Shown here piece by piece: positions 9,874-18,615 of a stretch of DNA of 64,000 bases. Every line of letters begins with the position of its first letter. The stretch's first letter is position 1. Source of the stretch: a virus (lineage: Duplodnaviria; Caudoviricetes); the IMG/VR virus record IMGVR_UViG_3300028833_003520; one strand, given 5' to 3'. The position numbers and the translations under genes are program-made. The notes beneath the pieces were generated by a model. The model saw only the letters and a list, made by a program, of their open reading frames with translations. It made no database searches and was not told the origin of the DNA.

Positions 9874-10272
9874 TTAGACTTTTGTGACTGTAATCGTAGG
9901 TACACCTGTAAAGATGTACTTATGATTGTCTTCTCTCATTATGTCATCACCATATCTACCAAACCCTGCGTCAATGTCTTGAGATTTACGTAATTCGTTA
10001 AGAAGATTAAGATTTTTAGGGATGGTAGCAGAATATGAGACTTTTCCAACATTAGGGGCAAGACACCAACCTTTGAGTTTGCCGTCAACGGTCTTTGTGA
10101 CTTGGCGAGCGTACTCAGTTCCAGGAATGTGAGAAAATCCGTTTCTCAATGCTCTGACTCTTCGAGCAATCTCTAACTTACACTCCCACTCGGTTCCGAA
10201 AAACTTTGCTCTTTCGGGACCAAACTGTGGGTCTATGGCTGTTAATAGCCAGTTATAGCGTTTTGTAGCCAT
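9874..10272 (-). CDS. Hypothetical protein
   Basis: ORF, AAGGAG RBS. Confidence 0.75.
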   Translation of the reverse strand: MATKRYNWLLTAIDPQFGPERAKFFGTEWECKLEIARRVRALRNGFSHIPGTEYARQVTKTVDGKLKGWCLAPNVGKVSYSATIPKNLNLLNELRKSQDIDAGFGRYGDDIMREDNHKYIFTGVPTITVTKV

Positions 10273-10294
10273 AAGTAGTCTCCTTAAAGATAAT

Positions 10295-10325
10295 AAGAAA
10301 GACTGCTATTTGAGCAGCCTTCTTG
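10295..10325 (-). terminator. Probable intrinsic terminator inside the small-gene run
   Basis: AAGAA..CTGCT/AGCAG..TTCTT inverted repeat in an intergenic gap. Confidence 0.5.
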
Positions 10326-10351
10326 ATAGAGGTATTCAATTTTGCAAAAGG

Positions 10352-10936
10352 TTAAGAGATTTGCGATTGCTGTTTAAGATTATCCAATTCCTTGAGCCTG
10401 TGTGTGATTTCGCTCACGATATCTTCGTGGTATTCCTTTTTAGAGGAATCATCTAAAGCACCTATAAGAATGTCAGTAGGCGTCCTACTGAGGTCATATT
10501 TCTTCTTTTTAGGTGGTTCATTTGGAATCACCTTAACTTGTGAGGTCACAGGAAGTGGATTAGGGATAACTGAAAGGTTAGGTGATGAAGTAGTCTTTGG
10601 GACTTTAGGTTCATCATCTTCGTCTTCATATTGCTCGAAAATAATGTGTCCATTATTGTCGTTTTGATAGACGTTGTAATGTCCCATAAGACCACCTTGA
10701 TGTAGATTTCCAAAGTGTTTCATTGTAAACAAGCAAATAGGATAGTTTCCTTTGCTTGAGATTTTACAGACGAATCTGTAATCACGAGTGTTTAACTTTT
10801 CATTGGAATCATAAATATCAATGGTGTGGTCACCGATTAAACCTTTGTTATACTTGGGGAATGGCAAGGTAGATGTACCGCCGCCGATTATCAAGCAATC
10901 GTTTGGCTCTACGATTTGGTATGTAATCTGTTGCAT
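10352..10936 (-). CDS. Hypothetical protein
   Basis: 194-aa ORF, GAGGT RBS. Confidence 0.75.
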   Translation of the reverse strand: MQQITYQIVEPNDCLIIGGGTSTLPFPKYNKGLIGDHTIDIYDSNEKLNTRDYRFVCKISSKGNYPICLFTMKHFGNLHQGGLMGHYNVYQNDNNGHIIFEQYEDEDDEPKVPKTTSSPNLSVIPNPLPVTSQVKVIPNEPPKKKKYDLSRTPTDILIGALDDSSKKEYHEDIVSEITHRLKELDNLKQQSQIS

Positions 10937-10949
10937 TGAAGGGAATACC

Positions 10950-11465
10950 TCACTTTATCTTATTAAGGATTATTTTACCATCTTTAAGATTTTTGTACAC
11001 TTGCAAAGTTCCACTGAATTTAAGCGTTGCGGTGAGCATTTCCATAGCACGACCTGTACGCTGACTCATAGTAGATGTAGGTGTAGTAATTCTTATAATG
11101 ATGGGGTAATCTTTACTGCCCATAAGGGTATCAGTAAGTGTCCATTCACAAGATAACTTGAGGGGTTTTTCCTTTCTGTATATTCTGATTTCTTTCTTTT
11201 CAGGTGGGAAGAAAATGATTTCATCAGTATCATTCTGAATGTAGTCATCAACACCGAAAACTTGAAGCACATTTTTGTGCAAATTTTTTGACGGTTCAGC
11301 AATGGTTTCGTATCGGTAATGATGATAGTAACCATTCTTTACTGCCGAGATGTAAACGGTTTTATCGGATATCTTAATGTCTTCGGTTGATTCGAAATTC
11401 GGGCAGAGTTTCGTTAATTCATCCAGGTTTTTAAGATTATCCTTATTGGGTTTCTTGAAAGCCAT
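10950..11465 (-). CDS. Hypothetical protein
   Basis: Start MAFKK behind AAGGAG. Confidence 0.7.
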   Translation of the reverse strand: MAFKKPNKDNLKNLDELTKLCPNFESTEDIKISDKTVYISAVKNGYYHHYRYETIAEPSKNLHKNVLQVFGVDDYIQNDTDEIIFFPPEKKEIRIYRKEKPLKLSCEWTLTDTLMGSKDYPIIIRITTPTSTMSQRTGRAMEMLTATLKFSGTLQVYKNLKDGKIILNKIK

Positions 11466-11475
11466 ATATCGCTCC

Positions 11476-11664
11476 TTAAGTGCGTTGAATCCTGAATCTT
11501 TCCCAAAATTCAGAAGTAGGGTCGTATGGCTGATTAAGCCAGTCAATAACTCTGACGGGAGTTGGAGTACCCATTTTGTCTAATATACTTGCAAAGTAAA
11601 TCATTCTGATTGCCTTTTCAAACCCTTCGGTATCGAGAGTTTGAATGTAATCGCTATTAGTCAT
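11476..11664 (-). CDS. Small hypothetical protein
   Basis: AAGGAG RBS, operon context. Confidence 0.65.
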   Translation of the reverse strand: MTNSDYIQTLDTEGFEKAIRMIYFASILDKMGTPTPVRVIDWLNQPYDPTSEFWERFRIQRT

Positions 11665-11679
11665 AGTGGGTGCTCCTTG

Positions 11680-12000
11680 TTACCAATCGTTGCCGACGAG
11701 GATGTCAAGAGCATCGTAGGTCGAACCATTTTCGGTGACCTTAAACCAATCATAACCAAGTACGAGCATTTCTGCGTTGTATAAGTCGCCATCAAGAGGT
11801 GAGAGAATATTGTTCTCCCATTTGCAGATGCCGCAGAAACCGAGAATTTTATTTTCGCCGACAACTTCGGCGGAATGAATCTGAACGAGGTTAATGTCTT
11901 TGTCAGCAAAGAACTTATTAAACGGTTCAGGGGTGTCAAGTATCGTGAATGTCTTATAGCGTTCATCGTTATTGATGATATTTCTTATTTTAGCGTTCAT
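11680..12000 (-). CDS. Hypothetical protein
   Basis: AAAGGAG RBS. Confidence 0.75.
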   Translation of the reverse strand: MNAKIRNIINNDERYKTFTILDTPEPFNKFFADKDINLVQIHSAEVVGENKILGFCGICKWENNILSPLDGDLYNAEMLVLGYDWFKVTENGSTYDALDILVGNDW

Positions 12001-12012
12001 AGGTTTTCTCCT

Positions 12013-12327
12013 TTACTTGTTAGGGTCGTAGATGAGAGTGCAATTGAAAGAGTGAACAAGATAGGTTACCCCGTTAATCTTTATCTGCAATTGGTCGCTA
12101 TCTTCATAATCATACCACGACTGTACCGAGCCTTCGATAACAGTGCCGTTCTGCAGTTCAATGTAAGCATAATTGAACTTGTATGTAGTGTCGATAACTG
12201 GACGATTGCAGCCTGACAGCATTGCTGTTACACCCAGGATACCACCGATAACGATAGCAAAAATGCAAGCAGGAAGAACTACATTCTTCAAGTAGTCAAG
12301 AAAGGGATGATTGATGTCGTGATTCAT
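12013..12327 (-). CDS. Small lipoprotein (phage/plasmid type)
   Basis: Hydrophobic leader + lipobox LSGC; start MNHDI behind AAAGGAG. Confidence 0.75.
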   Translation of the reverse strand: MNHDINHPFLDYLKNVVLPACIFAIVIGGILGVTAMLSGCNRPVIDTTYKFNYAYIELQNGTVIEGSVQSWYDYEDSDQLQIKINGVTYLVHSFNCTLIYDPNK

Positions 12328-12329
12328 TG

Positions 12330-12839
12330 TTATGTCTCCTTTGGATTTGATTTTAACACCATACAGAAGTGTTTCTCGTAAGGCGGTAAACAAGGCTGAT
12401 AGGAAGTGGATTCGGTTACAGAGATATAGGCACCGAAGGTTGTGCGTAAGATGAGGTCTATACCGTTAGGAATATCCTCGTCAAAAGAAAGATTGCCTGT
12501 ATCAAGAGGCGTTGCTCCTTTTGTGTGTGATATTGTTAGATGAGCGTTACCTTTTTCGTTAAGTAATTTACGAAGAAGGGCATTCTGCTCTTTTGTTCCG
12601 TCAACAGCATCAAGAAATTCAACGCTAACACCTTCATTCAGACCATTATTCTTGTAACCTGTGACACGAAATCTTGCGTGAAGTCCGTAGAGGTCGGTAT
12701 GAAGGGTTTCAGGCTTAAATGCTACTGTAATATGAGGGTTAGCGACTCTAACAGGGAGCGACTTGCTGATATTACAAGAGGTATCAAGGAAAAACGCTTC
12801 ATAAAGCGTTTTGGTCTGAATAGATGTGGACTTGTACAT
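12330..12839 (-). CDS. 2H phosphoesterase family protein
   Basis: Two HxT motifs (PHITVAF, AHLTIS) ~65 aa apart in a 169-aa protein. Confidence 0.7.
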   Translation of the reverse strand: MYKSTSIQTKTLYEAFFLDTSCNISKSLPVRVANPHITVAFKPETLHTDLYGLHARFRVTGYKNNGLNEGVSVEFLDAVDGTKEQNALLRKLLNEKGNAHLTISHTKGATPLDTGNLSFDEDIPNGIDLILRTTFGAYISVTESTSYQPCLPPYEKHFCMVLKSNPKET

Positions 12840-12872
12840 AGATAATCTCCTTTCTATGAAGAATATAGGCAG

Positions 12873-13010
12873 TTACTCCTCATCATAATTATGGTTATAA
12901 CCGAGAATGTAAAGAGCGTCTGCACGGTCGATTAAACATTTACGCATAAGCACTTTAAGAAGTCGTCCGAGGATTCGGGCGATAGAATGGAAAATTGCAT
13001 TATTGGACAT
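12873..13010 (-). CDS. Small hypothetical peptide (45 aa, MSNNAIF...)
   Basis: Not in ORF track; GAGGT RBS. Confidence 0.5.
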   Translation of the reverse strand: MSNNAIFHSIARILGRLLKVLMRKCLIDRADALYILGYNHNYDEE

Positions 13011-13055
13011 AAGCGTGACCTCTTTTCTGTTATGATGTTGTAAGATGAAAAGTGT

Positions 13056-13130
13056 TGGTGTGCTTGAGGGGACTCGAACCCCTGGCTCTCTGATTAAAAG
13101 TCAGATACTCTACCACTGAGTTACAAGCAC
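13056..13130 (-). tRNA. tRNA-Lys(UUU)
   Basis: Full cloverleaf: GTGCTTG/CAAGCAC acceptor, TCTGA-CTTTTAA-TCAGA anticodon arm, TTCGAGT T-loop, encoded CCA. Confidence 0.95.
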
Positions 13131-13137
13131 ATATAAA

Positions 13138-13238
13138 TGGAGCACCGAGCAGGATTTGAACCTACATCTTCCGATATTCTCGGCTGTTTTACTGAATTGA
13201 GAGTTAGATATCATTACTCAATATTAAACTATCGGTGC
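13138..13238 (-). ncRNA. tRNA-like RNA with enlarged D-loop and 5-nt anticodon loop
   Basis: Perfect GCACCGA/TCGGTGC acceptor + CCA, GTAGG-TTCAAAT-CCTGC T-arm; ~28-nt hairpin insert in D-loop; CCGA-GAATA-TCGG anticodon arm. Confidence 0.75.
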
Positions 13239-13241
13239 GTA

Positions 13242-13316
13242 TGGCTGAGGTTGGCGGATTCGAACCGCCGAATGCAGGAGTCAAAGACCTGTGCCTTACC
13301 GCTTGGCAAAACCTCA
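13242..13316 (-). tRNA. tRNA-Gln(UUG)
   Basis: TGAGGTT/AACCTCA acceptor, CTTTGAC anticodon loop, GGCGG-TTCGAAT-CCGCC T-arm, CCA. Confidence 0.92.
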
Positions 13317-13400
13317 ATATTAAAGCCAGTCTGTTCCTGGCAGTCAACAGTTACTCTTGAGTTTTGAAAAAGTCTTCAAAGTAAGTCGAAATTAGACTTT

Positions 13401-13483
13401 TAGTCTCTCGGTTAGGACTCGAACCTAACATCACCGCCGCAGCCAATAGGCTCGTGCTTGCATAATCCATTCTGCCACGAGAG
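13401..13483 (-). pseudogene. Degenerate tRNA-like gene
   Basis: CTCTCG/CGAGAG acceptor, GCA-GAATGGATTA-TGC D-arm, GTTAGG-TTCGAGT-CCTAAC T-arm; anticodon arm replaced by AGCC-TATT-GGCT; ends CTA. Confidence 0.6.
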
Positions 13484-13524
13484 GTGTATCAAAGGTGGTG
13501 GGCATACCACCTTTGATTTTATCG

Positions 13525-13671
13525 TTACCAATCTTTAGGTAATACCCTATCTATATCTTGCCATTTATGTCCTTTTTCATAATTCTCACAATCATTCTTA
13601 TACATAGGACATTTTTTGCAATTATCAGGATAGTTCTTGGCACATAATTTCTTTAGTTTTTCTATTGTCAT
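13525..13671 (-). CDS. Small Cys-rich protein (48 aa, MTIEKLKKLC...)
   Basis: Not in ORF track; AAAGGTGG RBS. Confidence 0.55.
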   Translation of the reverse strand: MTIEKLKKLCAKNYPDNCKKCPMYKNDCENYEKGHKWQDIDRVLPKDW

Positions 13672-13805
13672 TCTGTACCACCTTTCTTATTTTCCCTTTC
13701 TTGCCGTAATCAGTTTAACATTTGTATTGTAACATACTCTTGGATTTCCCACCCAAAGGAACAACCGTCGGAACGGTAGTTGGGTATGGAAACTTTATTC
13801 ATCAG

Positions 13806-13982
13806 TTATGCGATAACTTCTATAGTCTTTTTGATGCGAACCATACGGTGAGCATACTTAGGCTCATTTGTGTTGTAGCAATCAAGCATTGCTTTTGCGT
13901 CGAACGGATTATCTTCTGTAGTTAATCGTTCCCAGCCGTAACCGTAGTTACCCTGAATTTCGTACTCATAATTGTTAGCCAT
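13806..13982 (-). CDS. Small phage-type protein (58 aa, ..IQGNYGYGWE..)
   Basis: Not in ORF track; AAAGGA RBS. Confidence 0.65.
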   Translation of the reverse strand: MANNYEYEIQGNYGYGWERLTTEDNPFDAKAMLDCYNTNEPKYAHRMVRIKKTIEVIA

Positions 13983-14003
13983 AGTGAGTTCCTTTCTGCG
14001 AAC

Positions 14004-14210
14004 TTATGAAGGGATATTTAGCATATCTTCCAGTTCGCTAATGAGTTCGTATTTATCTTCAAGAGGGCGACCTTTGAAAATCGTATAGATAATCCTTGAA
14101 GATAATCCGAGAAGTTTGGTCTCGGCTTTCTTCTTTTCTGTTATGGTCTCGATTTTCGGGAGTTCTTCTTTGATGATGTTTATTGCTTTCTTGTAGTTTG
14201 CAGTAGGCAT
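14004..14210 (-). CDS. Small hypothetical protein
   Basis: GAGGTG RBS. Confidence 0.7.
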   Translation of the reverse strand: MPTANYKKAINIIKEELPKIETITEKKKAETKLLGLSSRIIYTIFKGRPLEDKYELISELEDMLNIPS

Positions 14211-14225
14211 AATTGAATCACCTCA

Positions 14226-14558
14226 TTATTCATCCAGGTTTTCACCAGTGACAAGCAGTTTATCAAGGTCGAACTTGTAAACAGGGTATGTGCAAAATCC
14301 TGAACGGAGTGTCATACCTGTGAATGTACCGAGTTCGTATTTCTCGATAAACTCTTCTGCCCAAGAGCAGTTGTTTGTATCAACGGCTGCAAGAGGAGCA
14401 GGAAGTGGGTCAATGTTAACTGTAAGTGTGGCAAACGGACCTTCGTTTTCTGCATCAATGCAGATAGCAAGGTTTCCGTTGTCAGAATAGTGAGAGATAT
14501 TGGTGTGAAGATTGTAGGTTTCACCATATGCTTTGAGAGTGTATGCAGGCTTGCTCAT
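14226..14558 (-). CDS. DUF4313-like protein
   Basis: YxDNGNLAI..PFATLTVN..VDTNN..SGFCTYPVYKF signature, recalled from the family. Confidence 0.75.
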   Translation of the reverse strand: MSKPAYTLKAYGETYNLHTNISHYSDNGNLAICIDAENEGPFATLTVNIDPLPAPLAAVDTNNCSWAEEFIEKYELGTFTGMTLRSGFCTYPVYKFDLDKLLVTGENLDE

Positions 14559-14559
14559 T

Positions 14560-14760
14560 TTAGTCCTCTTTCTGCCGTCTTTCAGAACGGTCTTTGTCTT
14601 TTTGTCTGCGAATCTTTATGTTCACAGGCTTGTTCTTTACTTTGCGTGGTTGATACTTTGTGCAGTTTTTGCACTTTGAAGTATCAACTTTTTTGAATCC
14701 CTTTTTGCAATCTACACCGTGACAGATGTAATGAATGCAAGGGATGTTTCTATCTTTCAT
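14560..14760 (-). CDS. Small basic Cys-rich protein
   Basis: CIHYIC..C..CKNC, Lys/Arg-rich tail. Confidence 0.7.
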   Translation of the reverse strand: MKDRNIPCIHYICHGVDCKKGFKKVDTSKCKNCTKYQPRKVKNKPVNIKIRRQKDKDRSERRQKED

Positions 14761-14787
14761 ATCTCTAATCCCTTCTTTTTTCTGATG

Positions 14788-15198
14788 TCAATGCTGATAT
14801 AAGACGAATTGAATGTTTGGTTCATCCTTGCAATTTTCAATGAGTCCAACGAAAGCGTTGCTTCGATACTCGTGGTCAATTGCTTGCATTTCTTTCGCAC
14901 AAGCGAGCAGATTGTCGAGGTCAGGAGCAAGGCGAAGCCTGTTTCCATATGCGTCTTTGCTTATGTCATTCCATACGGCTTTGTCGAGGTTAACATCGTA
15001 AAAGTCGTAATATATGGAGAACGGTGTTTCTTCAGAGAAACACTTCATAAAACGGTCGTAAAGTTCGTCGAATCCTCGCAAATCACCCAAGCAAATATGG
15101 GCGATTGTTTTAGAAACATACAGGTTTAATCCTGTGTCTGCTGCAGGTCTTTTATGTTCATAAGGTGATATGATAAAAATATCTGTGATAACACTCAT
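14788..15198 (-). CDS. Hypothetical protein
   Basis: AAAGGAG RBS. Confidence 0.75.
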   Translation of the reverse strand: MSVITDIFIISPYEHKRPAADTGLNLYVSKTIAHICLGDLRGFDELYDRFMKCFSEETPFSIYYDFYDVNLDKAVWNDISKDAYGNRLRLAPDLDNLLACAKEMQAIDHEYRSNAFVGLIENCKDEPNIQFVLYQH

Positions 15199-15225
15199 AG
15201 GTTACTCCTTTACTGTCAGTAAAGA

Positions 15226-15579
15226 TTACATATCTTCTGTTTCGATTTCAGCATTAACGACCTGAATACTCTTACCATCTTCGGTAATGAGTATTTTGAT
15301 TCCGTTATTGCGAGTAACGATTCTTGCATTTTCGTAGCAAACAGTTGTGTTTGTATCTATGTAATGCAATGTGACTCTCTGCTTCTTGCCGTCAAGCAGT
15401 CCGAGCATAGCGAGAATGCCGATTGCGAAGAATACAATTGCAATACCAATGGCAAGAGCACGAGTAGCAATAGCAGAATCTTTTTCGATTGTAAATTTGG
15501 AAAACTTCCAACCAACAATGGCTATGAAAATTCCGATACTTATGAAGAAAAGAAAAGTGATGATTTTAGTTGTTAACAT
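15226..15579 (-). CDS. Membrane protein (2 TM)
   Basis: Hydrophobic N-terminal half. Confidence 0.75.
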   Translation of the reverse strand: MLTTKIITFLFFISIGIFIAIVGWKFSKFTIEKDSAIATRALAIGIAIVFFAIGILAMLGLLDGKKQRVTLHYIDTNTTVCYENARIVTRNNGIKILITEDGKSIQVVNAEIETEDM

Positions 15580-15616
15580 AACGAACCTTTCTGAAGATTA
15601 GTCTTCTTTCTTATGA

Positions 15617-15910
15617 TTAACATAAAGGTCTGATAAGATATGGGAAGAAGTCCTCGCTGTTTACAACGAGATAGTTATTCTTGTGGAATGTCCTGCTTTC
15701 GAGAAGTTCTCTAACTGCATCGAAAAGAGCATTTCCTTCATCGCTGTAATCACCGATGTTAAGTTTAACATCAGTAACGATGTAGAAATCGAGATTCCAC
15801 TTACCAGTATCTTTGAATGCCTGAACCTTGAAAACAACCTTGTCGGTTGTGGGTTTGTTCTGTGTGTACACCAGAGTGTAACCTCTAACATTAAAAGTAT
15901 TTGCGTCCAT
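15617..15910 (-). CDS. Hypothetical protein
   Basis: AAGGGG RBS, coupled to upstream stop. Confidence 0.7.
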   Translation of the reverse strand: MDANTFNVRGYTLVYTQNKPTTDKVVFKVQAFKDTGKWNLDFYIVTDVKLNIGDYSDEGNALFDAVRELLESRTFHKNNYLVVNSEDFFPYLIRPLC

Positions 15911-15913
15911 TGT

Positions 15914-16474
15914 TTACCCCTTCTTTGTGTCTATATTGCCAGCACCATACATAGCATTCATTGTATCTTTAATGAACCTGGTAAATTCATTAGGCATATC
16001 AATCACAGTCGATTTGTCGAGAGCAGGTCCCATTTCAGAGAAAGCCTTTCGGATTTCGTTTTTCGATAATGTCGTTGTGATAACAATGTGTACATTATTA
16101 GGAATGGGCAAGTCTTCAGCAGTAAAATCGTTGTAGCGATATCTGACAAGGTTTGAAACGTGCTTTCTAACGGCATCGTTATTTTCGATGTCATTATACA
16201 ACCATAGAACGTGTGGGTTGTCGTGATAAGGTGATGTGCCATTTCTTTCATACATAAGTGCATTGTTGGTGTGTATGTAGTTATCAGGGTCGCCTTTGTG
16301 AGTGCATCCGAATATGGCTTCGCAACCTTCGTAGCCTTCGGATTCACAATACTGCATCAGAAAATAGTTGTTACACCAACCTTTTCTGCCTGTAACGAAT
16401 ACCACAGATGCATTGTTTTTAACAGCAGATGTAAGAATATATCTGAATGTATTTCTGATTGTATCTGGTATCAT
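15914..16474 (-). CDS. Degenerate AAA-like protein, paralogue of 5914-6483
   Basis: Same length and layout; IPNNVHIVIT vs IPNNVSIVIT; P-loop decayed to GRKGWCNN. Confidence 0.6.
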   Translation of the reverse strand: MIPDTIRNTFRYILTSAVKNNASVVFVTGRKGWCNNYFLMQYCESEGYEGCEAIFGCTHKGDPDNYIHTNNALMYERNGTSPYHDNPHVLWLYNDIENNDAVRKHVSNLVRYRYNDFTAEDLPIPNNVHIVITTTLSKNEIRKAFSEMGPALDKSTVIDMPNEFTRFIKDTMNAMYGAGNIDTKKG

Positions 16475-16641
16475 TATGGTGCGTCCTTTCTTAATCGTAA
16501 ATGATGATTATGGCGAGTAGAATTACCTCTTTTCGCCAGGAATGATGATGTGCAGTGAACCGTCAGCCATTCTGACGATTTTGCACTTAGGACGATTGTT
16601 GTTCATAGGATAGTTAGATGTCTTCATTTGAGTAGTCTCCT

Positions 16642-17271
16642 TTATTCAATGTTGATGTGAAACTTTGTGGCAACAGCAGTGCGAATATCGTCGATAGTAA
16701 TTTTTCCGCATTGGCTCCAAGAGGCAAGGACTCTTGAGTCAATTTTAGATAAATCGTAAAGAGTGTAGGTTATGCCTCTTTTACGTTCAATTTTATCTAT
16801 GTTTCTGCAGAGAACATTGTACCAACGATTAGTTTTTGTGCCTTCGCACAATAACGCAAATTCGTTGTGTTCAAAGATGTCAGAACGCAATGCAACCAGC
16901 AATGGAATTTTCTTCAAAATCTCGTCAGGAAGTCTTACTCCTTGAATGAGATGCTGATAGATTTCTGGTTCAGAAAGATATTCTGTTTCAGTATTGATGG
17001 TCTGATTGGGTTCGTATTTGGTTTCATTCAAGTCGTAGTTGCTTAAATCAATGCCAAGTGTGGTTAATGCTCGCTCTATAGCATCAACCTTTTCTGTCAA
17101 AGCGTAAATCTGTGAAACGTAACTTAATTCTTTGATAAGCCCAAGTCTTTCGGCTTGAAGTTTCTTCACTTTCTCTGAATCAGTTTCGTATAAAGATTTC
17201 ACTTCATTGGCACGAATTTGATTTAAGATATCATTAGGCGTATAACGAATGATAAGTATATCTTTAGCCAT
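16642..17271 (-). CDS. Hypothetical protein with C-terminal RNAP alpha-CTD-like (HhH) segment
   Basis: RWYNVL..GITYTLYDL..LASWSQCGKITIDDI resembles the alpha-CTD pattern RxxNxL..I.T..DL....L....N.G.KS..EI. Confidence 0.55.
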   Translation of the reverse strand: MAKDILIIRYTPNDILNQIRANEVKSLYETDSEKVKKLQAERLGLIKELSYVSQIYALTEKVDAIERALTTLGIDLSNYDLNETKYEPNQTINTETEYLSEPEIYQHLIQGVRLPDEILKKIPLLVALRSDIFEHNEFALLCEGTKTNRWYNVLCRNIDKIERKRGITYTLYDLSKIDSRVLASWSQCGKITIDDIRTAVATKFHINIE

Positions 17272-17292
17272 AATGTATGCTCCTTTACAGGC

Positions 17293-17838
17293 TTATGAAA
17301 CAGGCACAACAATTGGATATAAAATAGTAGTTGTACCACCATTTTCTTCATTAGCGACAGGCTCTTTGTGTGTGAGATATATTGCTTGCTTGTCATCATC
17401 TACAATGACATTGTAGTTTGCAAGAGCCACTGTATCGTAATTAACCTCAGTTCCATCAAGATAAACTTTATATGTTGCTCTTGTATCTGCCATTTGCTCC
17501 GCCTGAGTAACGGCAGCGTTATAAGCAGCAAGTTTTGCTTCATAATCTGCTTTTTCTTGGGGTATGAGAGTGTACATATAGATAGCGGATGCAAGACCAG
17601 TTATACCGAGAAGAGCAACTGCTGTAAGCAGAATATCTCTCACAACAGTAGTGGGAGAAGGGTGACGGATTCTATCGAAGAGGTCACCCCATTCATCATC
17701 AATGAGGAAGCCAATTCCGATTGTTGCAAAGATGATGCCAACAATAAGAATTATTGTTGCAAGGACAATGCTACCAACGACATTTGATTTCGGCATTACT
17801 TCAGTAATGTATTGTCTTAAAAATTCGATATTAGTCAT
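17293..17838 (-). CDS. Membrane protein (2 TM)
   Basis: Hydrophobic segments, AAAGGA RBS. Confidence 0.75.
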   Translation of the reverse strand: MTNIEFLRQYITEVMPKSNVVGSIVLATIILIVGIIFATIGIGFLIDDEWGDLFDRIRHPSPTTVVRDILLTAVALLGITGLASAIYMYTLIPQEKADYEAKLAAYNAAVTQAEQMADTRATYKVYLDGTEVNYDTVALANYNVIVDDDKQAIYLTHKEPVANEENGGTTTILYPIVVPVS

Positions 17839-17870
17839 ATTGATGTCCTTTCTATGAAATAGAGTCTCTG

Positions 17871-17901
17871 AAAAAAAGGGTAGAGTTTTCCAACTCTACC
17901 C
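17871..17901 (-). terminator. Intrinsic terminator after HIRAN gene
   Basis: GGGTAGAGTT/AACTCTACCC stem + U-tract on -. Confidence 0.85.
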
Positions 17902-17915
17902 TGAAAGGCTCTGGC

Positions 17916-18356
17916 TTATACTACGTTCTCGTTACGGTTCATATTGAAGACGTAAGCGTATGCACGAGAATCATAAGCGATTGCAGGGATTCCCAATCTC
18001 TTTGCAAGAGATTTCGCATAATGATACTGCTTCTGTGAAGGCTTCTTGATAGTATCAAGGACCACGTAGTAGTTGTTCTTATAGTGACGAATGAATCCAG
18101 TCATTTGCTCATCCAAATCGGGATTAGCAAGTTCACTTTTAGGAATCCAGCCAATAATTTTACGAGAATTATGCTCGACTACCTTAATGGCATATTCGTC
18201 TTCATCTGTTTCGGGATTATGATAGATTGTGTCCATCAAATCGGTTGTAATAATGCCACCGCACATAGACGTAGCAAAATTGCGGAGTATATCCTGACGG
18301 TTTTCACCATCTTCGTTTGCGAAGGTAACACCTGCGAGTTTTAGTTCTTTTATCAT
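17916..18356 (-). CDS. HIRAN-domain protein
   Basis: LAGVTF..RQ..NPxxDxxAIKV...IGWIP motifs. Confidence 0.7.
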   Translation of the reverse strand: MIKELKLAGVTFANEDGENRQDILRNFATSMCGGIITTDLMDTIYHNPETDEDEYAIKVVEHNSRKIIGWIPKSELANPDLDEQMTGFIRHYKNNYYVVLDTIKKPSQKQYHYAKSLAKRLGIPAIAYDSRAYAYVFNMNRNENVV

Positions 18357-18560
18357 AGTCGTAATTCCTTTCTTAAAAATTCTATAATGTATTTTTGCTT
18401 CTTATAAACTCGAAAAAAGAGACAAAGAAGTATCAAAGATGCTATTGGAACCGTTAGGTTCTCCTGACAGAACTGTAAACAGTTCTGTCCCCTTTTCATT
18501 AAGGCAAAGTAAGTTCTTTTGTAAAAGAATCTACAGCACTGCAGATAACGCAATGAAAAT

Positions 18561-18596
18561 AAAAAAAAAAAAAAGGCTACCATTACGGTAGCCTTA
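18561..18596 (-). terminator. Intrinsic terminator
   Basis: AAGGCTACC/GGTAGCCTT stem + long U-tract on -. Confidence 0.9.
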
Positions 18597-18615
18597 AAGG
18601 TGTATTCGGAATGAA

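Noticed and set aside
13137-13367. 76-aa + strand ORF
   Set aside because: Antisense shadow of tRNA genes.
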